Shown: piece after piece, positions 1 through 12,611 of the stretch | Layout: each line of letters starts with the position of its first letter | How positions within the stretch are numbered: the stretch's first letter is position 1 | From: Lama guanicoe | Lineage: Eukaryota | DNA: 64,000 bases | Assembly: GCA_013239625.1 (NCBI GenBank) | Contig: MU055456.1 | Location: forward strand, 1,424,403 to 1,488,402 | Reading direction: 5' to 3' | The notes under the pieces: generated by a model | Database searches by the model: none | Told to the model about the DNA's origin: nothing | What the model saw: the letters and a program-made list of their open reading frames with translations, nothing else | Program-made: the position numbers and the translations under genes

Positions 1-335
1 CAGGCAAAGCTGCATACAGTCTGAAAATTAAGTAACAATATCATGGCAAAGTTACATTTTCTGATTTTTACAATTGTACTGTGCTTATACAAAAGAATGT
101 CTTCATTCTGAGGGCTAACGGGTCATAATGTCCGCAACTCACTCTCAAATGGTTCTGAGGAAATCTGTGTCTGCATGTGTGTCTAAGGCGACTGGACGGG
201 CGAGAGCAGGGCTGGGAATGATGATGCAAGTGCGGCTAAATGCTAACAGGATGAAGGTTGCAGGGGTTCTTTGTTCTAGTCTTGCAATTCTTCTGTAGGG
301 CTGAAATGATTTCAAAACAAAAAGAGTTTTAAAAA
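1..335 (+). mobile_element. Ancient L1 (L1ME-type) 3' end fragment
   Basis: tccgcaactcactctcaaatggttc ... gggttctttgttctagtcttgcaattcttctgtagg...atttcaaaacaaaaag resembles old L1ME 3' UTRs. Confidence 0.6.
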
Positions 336-854
336 TTGGTCTAAACTCAAATTATACCACAGTAAGACAGACAAATATAGGACCAAGACTAGGTGAGTAT
401 GTAAGAACGGCTGTGAGGAGGGGGTACAACTTAACATTTTCAATCATCCTTCTCAAGAAAATTTCCAGGTAAGAGTGTAAACGCCTACCTGGTGGTAACA
501 GAAACGATAGGTAAACTGTCATTGCAGGGAGCCCTGAGCCACTGGAGATGCTGATCTGTGGGCAAGGATAACGAGGCCACACATCTACCAGAGAAGCCTA
601 CGGGAATGGTGCTCCGTGATTATAAATAAACACCCTCAACCACCAAAGGAACAGGCTGGCTCCAGGAGCCTTCCATGAACCTCTGATTCTGAGTGGGAGG
701 TGTTCATTTGGGGCCATTCAGAGAACTCAGTCTTAATTTTTTCCCTCACGTAGATTATCTGTTTTATTTCTAATGTATGATATAAAGTGAAGTTAACCTA
801 GATTCCTGACACAAAATTGATCTCAGGCATGAACTATCTCTGAACATGATTATC

Positions 855-1472
855 TTTGGCAGATTGTATTTTCCAAACATGATCACAATAATATCTCTTC
901 CCACCCCACACGATCTTTTGAGTTTATTTTCCCACCCCATTGAATCTGGGTTGGCCTCACTGACTTGACCAACAAAATACAGCAGAGAAGGAATGCTCTG
1001 CCAATTTGGGGCATAGTCCTTAACTGGCCTGGCAGCTTCTGCTTCCATTCTCAGGGAACACTCACTCATGGGGACACTCCCTCTTGGAACGCAGCTGCCA
1101 TACTGTGAGACACCTAAATCATTCTGAGGGGCTACTCGCGGGTTGTATTCTGGTTGACAGCCCCAGTGGAGCTCCAGGCAACAGCAAGCATCAACTACCA
1201 ACCTGGCGAATAGGCCATCTTAGACCCCGAGCTTAGGAAAGCCTTAGGTTGTAACTGTAGCCCCAGCTGACACTGAACTGTAATTGAATGGAAGACCCCA
1301 GGTGAGAACTGCCCAGCGAGCCCAAGTGAATCCATAGAACAAACACACAAAAGACCCCAAGGGAGACCCTCCCAGTAAGCCCACGTCGCAGAGCTGTGAG
1401 AATTAATTACAAAGTGTTTTGTGCCACTAAATTTTAGGGAGTCTATTACAGCAGCAAGAGGTAACTGGAATA
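855..1472 (+). mobile_element. ERVL-MaLR solo LTR (MLT1H-like)
   Basis: Starts ggcagattgtattttccaaa and ends ccactaaattttaggg...cagcaagaggtaactggaata, the MLT1 terminal motifs. Confidence 0.75.
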
Positions 1473-3149
1473 CTCCCCATTATAATGACCAAACTAACCT
1501 AGAATATATTCCCAAGAACCTGAAACCATTAGAAAACATTTCACACCAAAGAACTAGGAGTACAGGCAGCAGCAACACCCAGAGGCCGAGACAGGCTGGG
1601 TAAATCCACTTGGCCACATTCGATTTCCTTTCTCTAGGTTGTAAGAAGAAAGTTATGCTGCAGCCATATCTTTGAGATGGTTGCTGAAGCTAGTGTTCTA
1701 GAACTCATACAAGTACCCAACAATGCCAACCAACAATGAAAATAAACTTGAACACTTAAAAGAGCAATGCCATTAACATGCACAGGCACCCAACAGTGGC
1801 TTAATTTATCTGAGGTCGGGAGGAGAACAGCGCGCTGTCAGAGCTATTCATCATGTGGCCGTCTGGGTTTCCGGATGGGAGTTCAAAGGGACTAACTAGG
1901 CCCCCCGTTGAAAGCCACATCACTTCCAGTGTGCTTTAAAGATCACACTCTTGGTATACACAGGGGGAAGGTCAAAAATGCCACTGTGGTTGGGGTTTAT
2001 TTTGTGTGGCACTATCTTAAAAACCAAGTGTTTTTAGTCTTTCTTCAATATTCAGTATACAAAGGAATATTTATAAAATACAAAAGGTATGAAGAATGAT
2101 ATAACAAATGTCCACACACGCATCAACCAGTTCAAAAGAAAGACATATTATGCTGGGATCTCCTGTGAACCCACCACTGACCTCTCCCCTTCCCACTAGG
2201 AGGCCGCCATCATTCTGCATTTCCTGTTTGCCATTTTATTACTTTTTCTAAAAATCATTTTACCACATTTATATTCTTAAAAAGACATTGTGTGGCTGTG
2301 CACATCTGCGAACTCGGTGTAAATGGAATCGTACTGCTGACATTCTTCCACAACCTCCGGTCCCTGCTCGACACCATGTCCCACTGCTTGTGGGCAGCTG
2401 CCAGCTATTCTTTTTCACTACAGTGTACTTTGGTCGGATTTTCAGAATTTACTTTCAGTCTTCCTGACGTCCCACATTTCTCAGACCTGCCTGGCCCATG
2501 CTCAGTGTGGTTCAGCCACTAATTTTCACCCCAGGGAGAAACTTTCTTTCTGCACATTTTAAAATCAAGAAACATTTGCTTCTCCTTAAACCTCTCGACC
2601 TGGTTAATTCTGATCTAGGGGTGCTCAAGCCACTTCTATCGCCAGGGCACCTTGTAGAAAGATAAGGGTTCTGGTAGCTGGACACAAGAGGTCCGGCTGT
2701 CTTAGAGTTTGCCCTTTTTCCTGCCTGCACTGGAGATGACGTGTAAGGGGTTCTAAGAATAAAGGCCATTCCACTAGTTTCTCTTTGCTGGAAGAGGCAG
2801 GCATACCCTGCAGCACAGTACAGGAGCCAGCATTCCTCATCCTTTAAAAATTTCCTGAACGAACTGTGCAGCCCAGAAAAAGAGAACATTTAATAAACTA
2901 ATCAGCAGAAGAATAAGCCACTGAATGGCCCAGAAAGGAAGAGGAGGCAAAGGGCCAGAGTCCTTGGGCAGGTTTGGTCCTAGCACTGCCCTACCTGCCA
3001 GCCGACCCCACTCCGGCACTCAGGTTCTCCTGCCCTCCTCCCTCTGGCCCACAGACTTGCAGTGAGCGCTGACTGTGCATCAGTAAGCTGAGTCCGTCCC
3101 CATCCCCACGGCAGTCCTGCAGGAGATGACAAAGTGCAATGAGGCACAG

Positions 3150-3412
3150 GTCAATTCGGCCTGCTCCCTCACTTCACGCAGGGCGCTCTGCTCAGATGTC
3201 AGCTCCTCAGAGAAGCCTTCCCGGACCACCTGATCTAGCTACTCCCCATCCACCATCCCCCGCAATCTGGCCCGGTTCCATGTTTCTTCATAGAACTTGC
3301 CAGCACCTCATATTCTACTTGCTGTTCAGCATAAGCTCCATGAGGGCTGAGAAGAGCAGTGGACAGACAGGGTAGGTGCTCTACAGGTAGTTGCTGAATG
3401 AACAAATGACAT
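3150..3412 (+). mobile_element. L2 3' fragment
   Basis: tcagatgtcagctcctcagagaagccttccc ... taagctccatgagggc ... gtaggtgctc...gctgaatgaacaaatga. Confidence 0.7.
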
Positions 3413-5317
3413 ACATACGCGCTGTGAGCACAGCAAAAGGGATGAATCTGGCTTTGGCTGGTTCTGGAGAGGATAACAGCTGAGCTGAGTCCTGAGGGAT
3501 GAGCAGTTCAAGCTGGGCAGCTCTCTCTCTGGGCCAGGCCTGGAACTTTCCTATTCTGTGGCCACATGCCCCTCACACCTCGCTGGGGGCCCATTCAAGT
3601 GGAGCCTGTTCTCTCGTGGAGATTCTCTAAGGCATCTGGCACAGTGGTCTGCATTCATTCATTCCACGAACATTTATGAAGCATCTACCAGGTGCCCATG
3701 ACTGTTCTGGATACAATGGAAATCTTTTAAAACTTCTCTAAACTAAACTGCATTTTTAAAAGCCTGTAATTTGAAAAAAAGTCTGCAATTTTGTTCAAGA
3801 TTCTTTGGTCTGAGAGAGCTTCTATAAAACTCAGATGATATGGCCTTTAAAACAGAAAATAGTCCCTGAAACACAACCTTCAAGATTTTCAACTTCAAAG
3901 AAATAGTACAGAGCCCATTGCAAGCTTGCTTCCAAAAACTGAATTCTCACCTCAAATGGCAACAGCCCCCGTGCTTCACCTCAATGAAATTTACAATGAT
4001 GATGGTAAAACTTGCCAGCTACTATCCATGCAGGGACCATGAGTCACTATCCAAGAAAGACAGAGTGGAATCTGGAAAAGCCCCAGCACGAACAGGCTTT
4101 TCTCTCTGTTAATGTCAATGCTCGGCACTGACAGCAGAGTAGTGACGTGCAGATGCAACGCTCAGAAACAAGACAAAGACAAGTGGAGACCTTACAGTCT
4201 AATCGAGTGAGAGTTTGAAGAGAGCAATACTATTACCAAAGACAGGCAACATGAGCACAGAAAGAATGCAAAGGACTTAAGGGAAAAAAAACCCAAGATG
4301 CTATTAACTCAGCAGTGTGCTAAGGAAGATTTTCTTTATCATGTTGATCACCCACTGTGGACTGGGGGCCTCCAAGGAAACACACTGTCACCCAGATTTG
4401 GGTGCTGTGGCGATCAATGTGTTATGGAGGGCAGGTACCTCAATAACCAGTATTAGTAGTGTATAAAAACCATAGCAATCTCTGAGCAAAATAACAGTCA
4501 TCAAGAAGTCTCTGTTCAAAAGCAACAAATTAGAAATAAGAGCTGACATTACCTTGAAATATTTTTTTAATTACCAAGTACTCATTAAATTTGTGTTTTA
4601 TCCTATGTTCTCTGAACCAAGCTGATGTACTCGACAAGTTTTATATGATTCTCTCTATAAAGAGTTTCCTATTTTCCAAATGAAAGCGGTATTTCTCTTT
4701 CTCTCTCAGTACTACTGAAGATGTTTCAATTCTATTGCTGGATTGAGTTATTTACTGAGTCACTCGTGTCAGTTACTATCAGTAAAATATTTTAAAGACT
4801 TAAGTCAGTGGTCACACAGGGTAATTTTGTTTTTCAGTTGCACAGGTTTTCAGCAGTGAGTTCACCCAATTCTTAACAAAAATATACAATGGCTTCATTA
4901 AACAAGCACCAGCACCACCACCCACACTGCTGATGGTGACTGACAAGTTACCACTGCCTCTCTGCTGAAGAGACAGCCAGGACGAGAGAAGCCAGAGAGC
5001 ACAATACACTCCCTTCCCTCCGGATGCAGCGGGAGAGAAAGAGCGGGACGCCCAGGCAAGCAGAATGGGACTGATGGACCTAAAGAGAACACGCCGAAGG
5101 GACCATCTCCAGCAATCAGAGTCCCATGTTTACCAGGCAACAAACCCTTCGAGAGCCCACTGTTTATCCAGAAGATACACAGAGTCTGGCCAGCCTTCGC
5201 CCCAACCCCTCGGGGGGCCGGCCACGCCTCTTGGGAAGCAGGAGGCCACAGTGCACCACACAGAGGCCCACCAAACTGCTCTAGTCGTCTGACTGTGGCC
5301 AGCGGGAAAGACGCTTA

Positions 5318-5611
<294 letters not shown>

Positions 5612-6081
5612 TCATCATATTTAGGTCACCCCATTAAAAAAAAAACTTCAGCCTTAAAACATAAAGATTTGCTTCTTGTTATCTTGCAAAAAGCTAACAA
5701 AGGAACCATATTATAGTCCTGGACATATAGAAACTAGAATGAGTACAAAGATATATAATCACTATAAAAAAGCTACACGTGGGTGCAATGTGGTTATAAA
5801 ATCCAAGACAGGGAGCTGGGGGCCCTGTCAGGGTAGCCGGTATATCGGAGACTGCAACCCCCTTCCCCCTACGTCTTCCCTCACGTGGCCTCCCCCCTCA
5901 CGTTTTTCCACAGGAAATCCTCACATGGCCTCCATACCCACATACGATGGCCCCCTAACACAGTTATGCACCCTACAGTAAAATCCTGGGGTTTGAAACA
6001 TTCACTTCTCATGTGAGAACCTCAGGACCACAGTGGATTAAAAAAAATAGTGTTATAAATAAATGCCTAATAGTACAATAA

Positions 6082-6569
6082 TGTGGTGGTTTTAAAGTCA
6101 GTCCACACGTCATTTGATGCTCTTCCCTTTAACAGATGGAGCTCAGTTCCCTTCTTCTTGAGCATGGGTTGGTCTCAGTGAATTGCTCTAAATGAACAGC
6201 ACATGGCAGAAGGGATGGTGTTCAATATCTGAGATCAGAGCATAAAAGTTGTAGCTTCCCCTACTCTCACACTCTGTCTCGGATCTCCTGTTAAAGGGGA
6301 AGCCAGCTGCCGTGTTACCTGGACACTCAAGGTCTACACAGTAAGGAACTGGGGCCTCCTGCCAATGGCCACATGAGTGAGCCATCCTGGAAGAGCTGCA
6401 GCCAAGCTTTCAGATGACTGCAGCCCTGGCCGCCATCCTGACCACACCCTCCTGAGAGACCCTGAACCAGAAGCACCCTTCTAATCCAAAGAACCAGTGA
6501 GATAATAAACATTTGCTTTAAGCTTCTAAGGTTTGGGGTAATTTGTTACATAGCAAGTGATAACTAACA
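6082..6569 (+). mobile_element. ERVL-MaLR solo LTR (MLT1F-like)
   Basis: Starts tgtggtggttttaaa and ends tttggggtaatttgttacatagcaagtgataactaaca. Confidence 0.8.
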
Positions 6570-6989
6570 AAAGTTGCAAGGTATGTATAATTTCTAAATA
6601 AATACACATAATCGGGGGTACTGGCTCAACATTTTTTTACTGATGTAGTCAGTGTGACAACAAAAATGTTTAAAGGCCATTGTTGTGGATGAAGGTTGAC
6701 TAGAACCTCAGTTCTAGCTGCCTGTAGAGGCAAGAGGCCCAGACATCCTTAAAAAGAAGCAGAGAAAGGACATTTGGAACATTCCTTCTAACCTGTCCTA
6801 TGGAGGGCAGGCTATAACAAGGAAAGGGCTTTAGGCATCTGCTTCAAGGCAGTAAGATTTAGCAGGGTGCAAAAGTTAAATGATTTTCAAAGGTTGGGTG
6901 CAATTTTAAACCAAATCCACCCCTTGAGCAGCCCTGGAAATGGAGGAAAACAGACCTCAGGTCAAGTGCAGGGAGTAATCACACTGTCA

Positions 6990-7295
<306 letters not shown>

Positions 7296-7491
7296 TCAGC
7301 ATATCACCATACTTATTCCAGTGTACGCAGAACAGACCCTCCCTTAAAAGACTGCCATACTCAATGCTCAAGAGTCTAGTTCATTTCAGTTCAAAATCTA
7401 GGCTTTGGAGCCAGACAGACCTAGCACTGTTACCTGATAGCTGGATCACCTTGGCTAGGTTACTTAACCTCTCTAAGCATCAATCTCCTCG

Positions 7492-10400
7492 TGTAGGAGA
7501 GAGTCAACGCAGCAGACCTGACTGCTGTCCTTGGATGGGCCTGTTTACAAGGTTGACCCTTGTAAGCATCTGGAAACTTGGACTTCAGGACGCTTCTCAC
7601 CCTGAAGTCATGAGCAGCTCACAGGGCCTAAGCTGTCTGTACAAACGACGGGACTTACCCCGCTTTCCCGCTCAGAGTCTGGAATTTGGGGGTGTGGCTG
7701 GCAGGGGGCGCCTACATGACCAGCGCTGGGCACTGAGTCTCTAACCGGCGTCCCTGGCTGCCAACACTTCACACGTGCTGTCACAGCTCGTCGCCAGGGG
7801 GCTCACGCGCACCCTGTGTGACCGCAGAGGGAGAGGACGACGCTCTGGGAAACTCGCAGCTGGGCTCCTCTGGGCTTTGCCCGGGGCGCCAGTTCCCTTG
7901 GCTGCTGGCACCCGTGCAGCCTCGGCTGTAACACGGCCCAGCGGTGAGTGCCGCCACCTGCTGCGTCCTCTGAGTCCTCCTAGCCTATCCGCGCACTGGG
8001 GTGGTCCTGGGACCCCTGACACAATTGGTGTCAGAAGCAGGAATCGTGAGAACGACCCTGATTCTCTGATATATGGTAAAAGCATTATATGGGAAAAGGA
8101 AGGAGAGAAGGGTGGAGGATGATGACTCTGGTGCCTGGTGGCTATGAAGTCACCCACCATATGAAATGGCAGCCGAGCTACTGTCTGCTGCGAGAGGTGA
8201 AATGCCTATTGAATTTGAAGATGGCCCATCCAACTCCAAGTGCGGGCTTGCTGCATCCTCTGGCTGCACGTGGCCGTGCTGGCTAAAGTGAGGGGAAAAG
8301 TGCAGCCCGGGTGATGCCTTTGGTTTTCGTTTTCTCCTCTAAGTGCGAGAAGGACACAACCTCCTTGCTTTTTGCCACCAGTGATTTGGCTAGTATTTAA
8401 CACCCGAGTGCTGGAACCAGAACATTCATACCTGATGATTTTTGCATAATGGAGACTCTGGGAAAAGGGAGACGTGAAAAGAGAGGCCATCTTCAGACAG
8501 AGATAAACTTTTCAGGTTTTAAAAATCAACCCAGAATCACTGTAGATACAGAACACCCCTCCGTGGGGCCTTAACCTAGGGAAACATCACAGATGCTGGC
8601 TGGGCCATCTGCATCGCGGACCAACGCACACAGGAAAGGGCTTGTTCTCCAATGGGACCATATGACACGGAGCTGCTGGTGGGCCCTTCAGTTTCTGATG
8701 TAGAGACTGGCTGCACTCCTACCTTCTGACTCTGGCCAAAGCCGCAAGCTGGGAAAGGGCATTCACAGGGAGCGTGGCCCCCCGCCCACCCCAGTGATTG
8801 GATTTGACCCCCTCCAAGGGACTCGTCACTGCTGCTGCTGAGACATCCGGCGTGTGCCTTTCCAGACTGGCCGTGGTTTGTTAACAACAGACTGAGAGCT
8901 TGACTCTACTTCCCTCACCCTTCTGCTACACACCCCTCAGGAAGGCAACCTGTTAAACGCACCTGTACCTGGAAAGGGACCGATCTTTTCTAGGCTGCTC
9001 ACTGGACAAATGAACAGGATGAAAGAGATGGGAAGTGATGTAAACTTATTTTGAAGATTTCTGAAAATTCAGGACTTTGTCCTAGATCCTGAGCATGATG
9101 TCTTGTTCTGGTTAAGTTGGATACATTAAAAAAAAAAAAAAGCTCTTGTCCTTGCGTTAACCCTTACAGATGGAAGGTCCACATGAGAGGAGAGGATGAC
9201 AGAGAAAACATGAAGTTTTGATTAGTCAATGTGGCATGCTGATAACAACAGAGAAATACAACAAAACCCAGCCCCTGGCATGGTACGGGGAGGGGACAGG
9301 ACAGGCTCCCTGATCTCTCTTAACCGGAACTGTCCCTGGGCACTCTCCCCATTTCCTGAAGCAAGTCCATGCTGCTTTGCAAGCTGCTGTCAGCACTTCA
9401 GATTCAGACAGACTGCCGGGCCCAGATCGCATGCAACAGTGTGACTGTGAGACTGCAGGGGCGGGCCAGCTCCTGCCTGGTCCCTGCACGGTACCTCCAC
9501 ATGCAGCCTGCACTCGGCAGGTGATGAGCCAGTGTCGCTGGCAGAGCAGTTTGGAACGGACTGCCTCAGGCAAGCCGTCTGAGAGCAAAGACTGAACTGA
9601 ATTACTCAGACTGGACTGAGACCGCAGGGGTGGGAGGAACCACAGTGGGAAGCCACATTGGGAGACCCTGGTGGCCTGTACTGTCTGCCCAATGCAGCTC
9701 CTGCTCGGGGTGCCTGAACATTATCAACCCTCCATTTCCAGGGGACGTGTGTGCCCTCAGGGATGGGACTTCTAGGGTGTGAGCCCTGACCATTGTGACA
9801 CTGCCTCAGCCCTGGAAGGCTTCAGGTCAGCTTCGTCTTCCTGGCTAGAGCGGTGCTAGGCCAGAACTGATGCCTAGGGCTAGGTAGAAAAGGTTCAGGC
9901 GGAAACTCAAGGAGGAAGCCAGCTGGCTTTCTAAGACAGACCTTGATGGCTACTGGTCTGTGTTTTTACTGGCTAAGTCCAGCACCCCGAACAGCATCAA
10001 GTGAGATCCACACTGTAGGCTGGCCTCAACTGCTATATGGGGTCCTACCAATACTAATTCTGCTGCAAAGACACCTCGGCCAAGGACCAAGGGGGTGGGC
10101 TCTGCAGAAAAGAAAAGAGAAAACATAGCAGGCCTCCCTCACTGTTGTCCTTGGACAGGACTGCTTACCGTGCTGGCCCTGGCAACGGGGAACTTTAGGG
10201 ACAGTTCCCACCGTTAACCGCTAAGACTTCTTTGTATGCCGAACACCTGCTTTCCTGCTGAGAGCCTGGAATTTGGTTATGACCTGGCAGGGGTCATGAC
10301 CAGCCCCCAGTAAACACTTTGAGCACAGTCTCTGGTTGGCAACATTTCATACATGTCAGAACTCACTGCGGGGGAACGTGTTCTTCGTGACTCCATCAGG

Positions 10401-10539
10401 AGGAGACTCTGTGCCTGGCCTTCTCCCATGCACCTCTTCCCCTCTCTGATTTCGCTCCATAGCCTTGGGCTGTAATAAATCACCTTTGAGTCCTCTAAAT
10501 CATCAATCCTGGGAGCGGTCTTCGGGACCTCCTGACACA
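7492..10539 (+). mobile_element. Two-LTR non-autonomous ERVL-class provirus (MER21-like): 5' LTR 7492-8023, PBS from 8026, internal region about 2.1 kb, PPT about 10088-10100, 3' LTR about 10103-10539; inserted into a MIR
   Basis: Two homologous LTRs both ending gac..ctgacaca; TGGTGTCAGAAG (tRNA-Leu-type PBS) directly after the first; caagggggtgggc before the second; MIR halves either side (7395-7490, 10540-10580) with tcctc duplicated. Confidence 0.85.
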
Positions 10540-10950
10540 TTCCTCCTTCTCAAAATGGGGATACTTCCTACTTCCCAGGAAATTTTGGTTTATTTGTTTG
10601 CGATATAATTCATATATCATAAAATTCCCCCTTTTAAAGGTATACAACTTAGTGGTCTTTATTATTTTCACAAGATAGTGCAGCCATAACTATGGTCCGA
10701 TTCCAGAACATTTTCAACAACCCCAGGAGAAACCCTCAACCCTCTTCCCTACCTCCCCTCTCCCAGCCCCTAGCAACCACCAATTTACTGTCTCTCTGGA
10801 TTTTCCTATTCCAGACATTTCACATAAAAGGAATCATACAACTTGTGGCATTTTCTGCCTGGCTTCTTACACTGAGCATGATGTTTTCAAGGTTCATCAT
10901 GGAGTCAAAGTTATCTCTGTTTGCAGAGGACACAATCTCATATATCAAAA

Positions 10951-11109
10951 NNNNNNNNNNNNNNNNNNNNNNNNNNNNNNNNNNNNNNNNNNNNNNNNNN
11001 NNNNNNNNNNNNNNNNNNNNNNNNNNNNNNNNNNNNNNNNNNNNNNNNNNNNNNNNNNNNNNNNNNNNNNNNNNNNNNNNNNNNNNNNNNNNNNNNNNNN
11101 NNNNNNNNN
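10951..11109. other. Assembly gap or masked run of N
   Basis: Run of n. Confidence 0.99.
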
Positions 11110-11294
11110 GTGTATCTCTTCAATTTCTTTGACTCTATACTTAAGAGTGGAATTGCTGGGTTATATGGTAACTCTCTGTTCAACTTTTTTGAGGAACTTG
11201 CCAGACTATTTTCCAAAGCAACTGCATCATTTTACATTCCCACCAATAATGTATGTAGGTCACCATTTCCCCACATCCTCGACAAAACATCTTA

Positions 11295-11509
11295 TAGTTG
11301 ACCCTTGAACAATATGGGTTTGAACTGCACGGGTCCATTTACATGCGGATTTTATTCAATAGTAAATACTACAGTACTTACTTACTGTGGCTGGTTGAAT
11401 CTGCAGGTGTGGAACCAAATATACAGAGGGCTGATGATAAAGTTAAACGCAGATTGTTGACTGAGGAGGGTTGGTACCCCTAACCTCCAAGTTGTTCTAG
11501 GGTTAACTA
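11295..11509. mobile_element. MER8 (TcMar-Tigger) MITE
   Basis: TIRs tagttgacccttgaacaa ... ttgttctagggttaacta, inserted at TA. Confidence 0.8.
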
Positions 11510-11879
11510 TGTTATCCCTTATCTCTTGGAATTTCAGCCATCCCAGTAAGTGTGAACTGGTATCTCACTGTGGTTTTGATTTGTATTTCCCTAATGACTA
11601 AGGATGTTGAGTGTCTTGTCATGTGCTTGCTGGCCATTTGCGTATTTTCTTTGCAGAAACAGCACAATTACTTGGAAACAGACAGAACTAGGTAGAGGCT
11701 AATATGTCATTTATACGTCATCTCAATGAATACACTGTATCTTAGGAACTGAGATGGAAGCCAGACATGCCCTAATGCGGACACAGCGTTACTCATCTGC
11801 AAACAGGGAACACTAGACCTCATTAATCTTGCCATGACAGTTTGATCAGCTTTGGTCAAGGAAGGGTTTTGATGGTGTG

Positions 11880-12200
11880 GCCCAGTGTTTCTTGGACTTC
11901 AGTGTGTGGGTCTGGCAGGGCCTGAGAGTCTGCCTTCCCAACAAGCTCCCAGGTGATACCAATGTTGCTGGTCCACGGACCAGCCCTTGAGTAGCAGGGC
12001 TCTAGATACCTGTTCTGACTGTGCCCGTCAGTGTGCTAGCTCATTGAATCCTGATGACAATTTAAAACAACTCCATTTTACAGAAGAGGAAACTGAGGCT
12101 TAGAGAGGTTAATTAACTGACCCAAAGCGCTAAGAGCTAGTAAGTGCCAGAGCTGGTTATGGAACTCCCAAGACGGGGGTCTCCAGGTTACTCTGCCAAA
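11880..12200. mobile_element. MER5-type hAT fragment (11880-12005) followed by a MIR (12020-12200, minus)
   Basis: acaagctcccaggtgataccaatgttgctggtccacggacca; ccattttacagaagaggaaactgaggcttagagaggtt. Confidence 0.75.
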
Positions 12201-12488
12201 CCATCTCTTAAAAAAAGTCTACGTTAGTCTCCCTGGCTCATGAAATGGATTTTTTTTTTTTTACTAATCCACATGCTGTCAATCATAAAATAGTTTACTC
12301 ACCTCTGTGGCACTTAAAAGAAACATAGCAACAGCAAAACACTGGTGGGTAGAAAACGTTATTAACCATTGAAGACATTTCCAAAACCAGCAAATGGGAA
12401 GCAAGATACAAAACTTCAGGAATAACTCATAGGCCGATCAATACGACTTGGGGCATTTTCCTCAGTGTCACCAGCGTGGCCTCTTTAC

Positions 12489-12611
12489 CTGAGTCACTGG
12501 CCCGCTCAGAGAGCACGAATGCACTTCTGCTTCTGGCTAAAGAAGCCTGTGTGGGTGTCAACAGTCGCATAACAAGAAAGGTTTCCATGGGACTAAGGTG
12601 CATGCGATGAG
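12489..12611 (-). CDS. MAP7D2: MAP7D2 cassette exon (123 nt, phase 1-1): AHRMHLSPMETFLVMRLLTPTQASLARSRSAFVLSERASDS
   Basis: U-rich AG-free zone + ccctcag|CT, donor CAG|gtaaag; contains the MAP7-family RLLTPTxxxLARSRS motif. Confidence 0.92.

Larger units (their letters stand above)
10590..11660 (-). mobile_element. Old L1 (L1MA/L1MB-type) ORF2-end and 3' UTR fragments, interrupted by an N gap and a MER8
   Basis: Minus-strand remnant KKLNRELPYNPAIPLLSI (L1 ORF2 C-terminus) and typical 3' UTR sequence; a short plus-strand KLSLFAED (RT FADD-region) piece at about 10900-10950. Confidence 0.8.

Noticed and set aside
10692-11301. ORFs spanning N runs (also at 43633-43969, 51924-52328, 54155-54637)
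   Set aside because: Artefacts of untranslatable N; the flanks are degraded L1.
12303-12488. Extension of the 123-nt exon to the downstream GTGAGT donor
   Set aside because: In-frame TGA after ...VVLIGL; only the separate 39-nt exon reading stays open.
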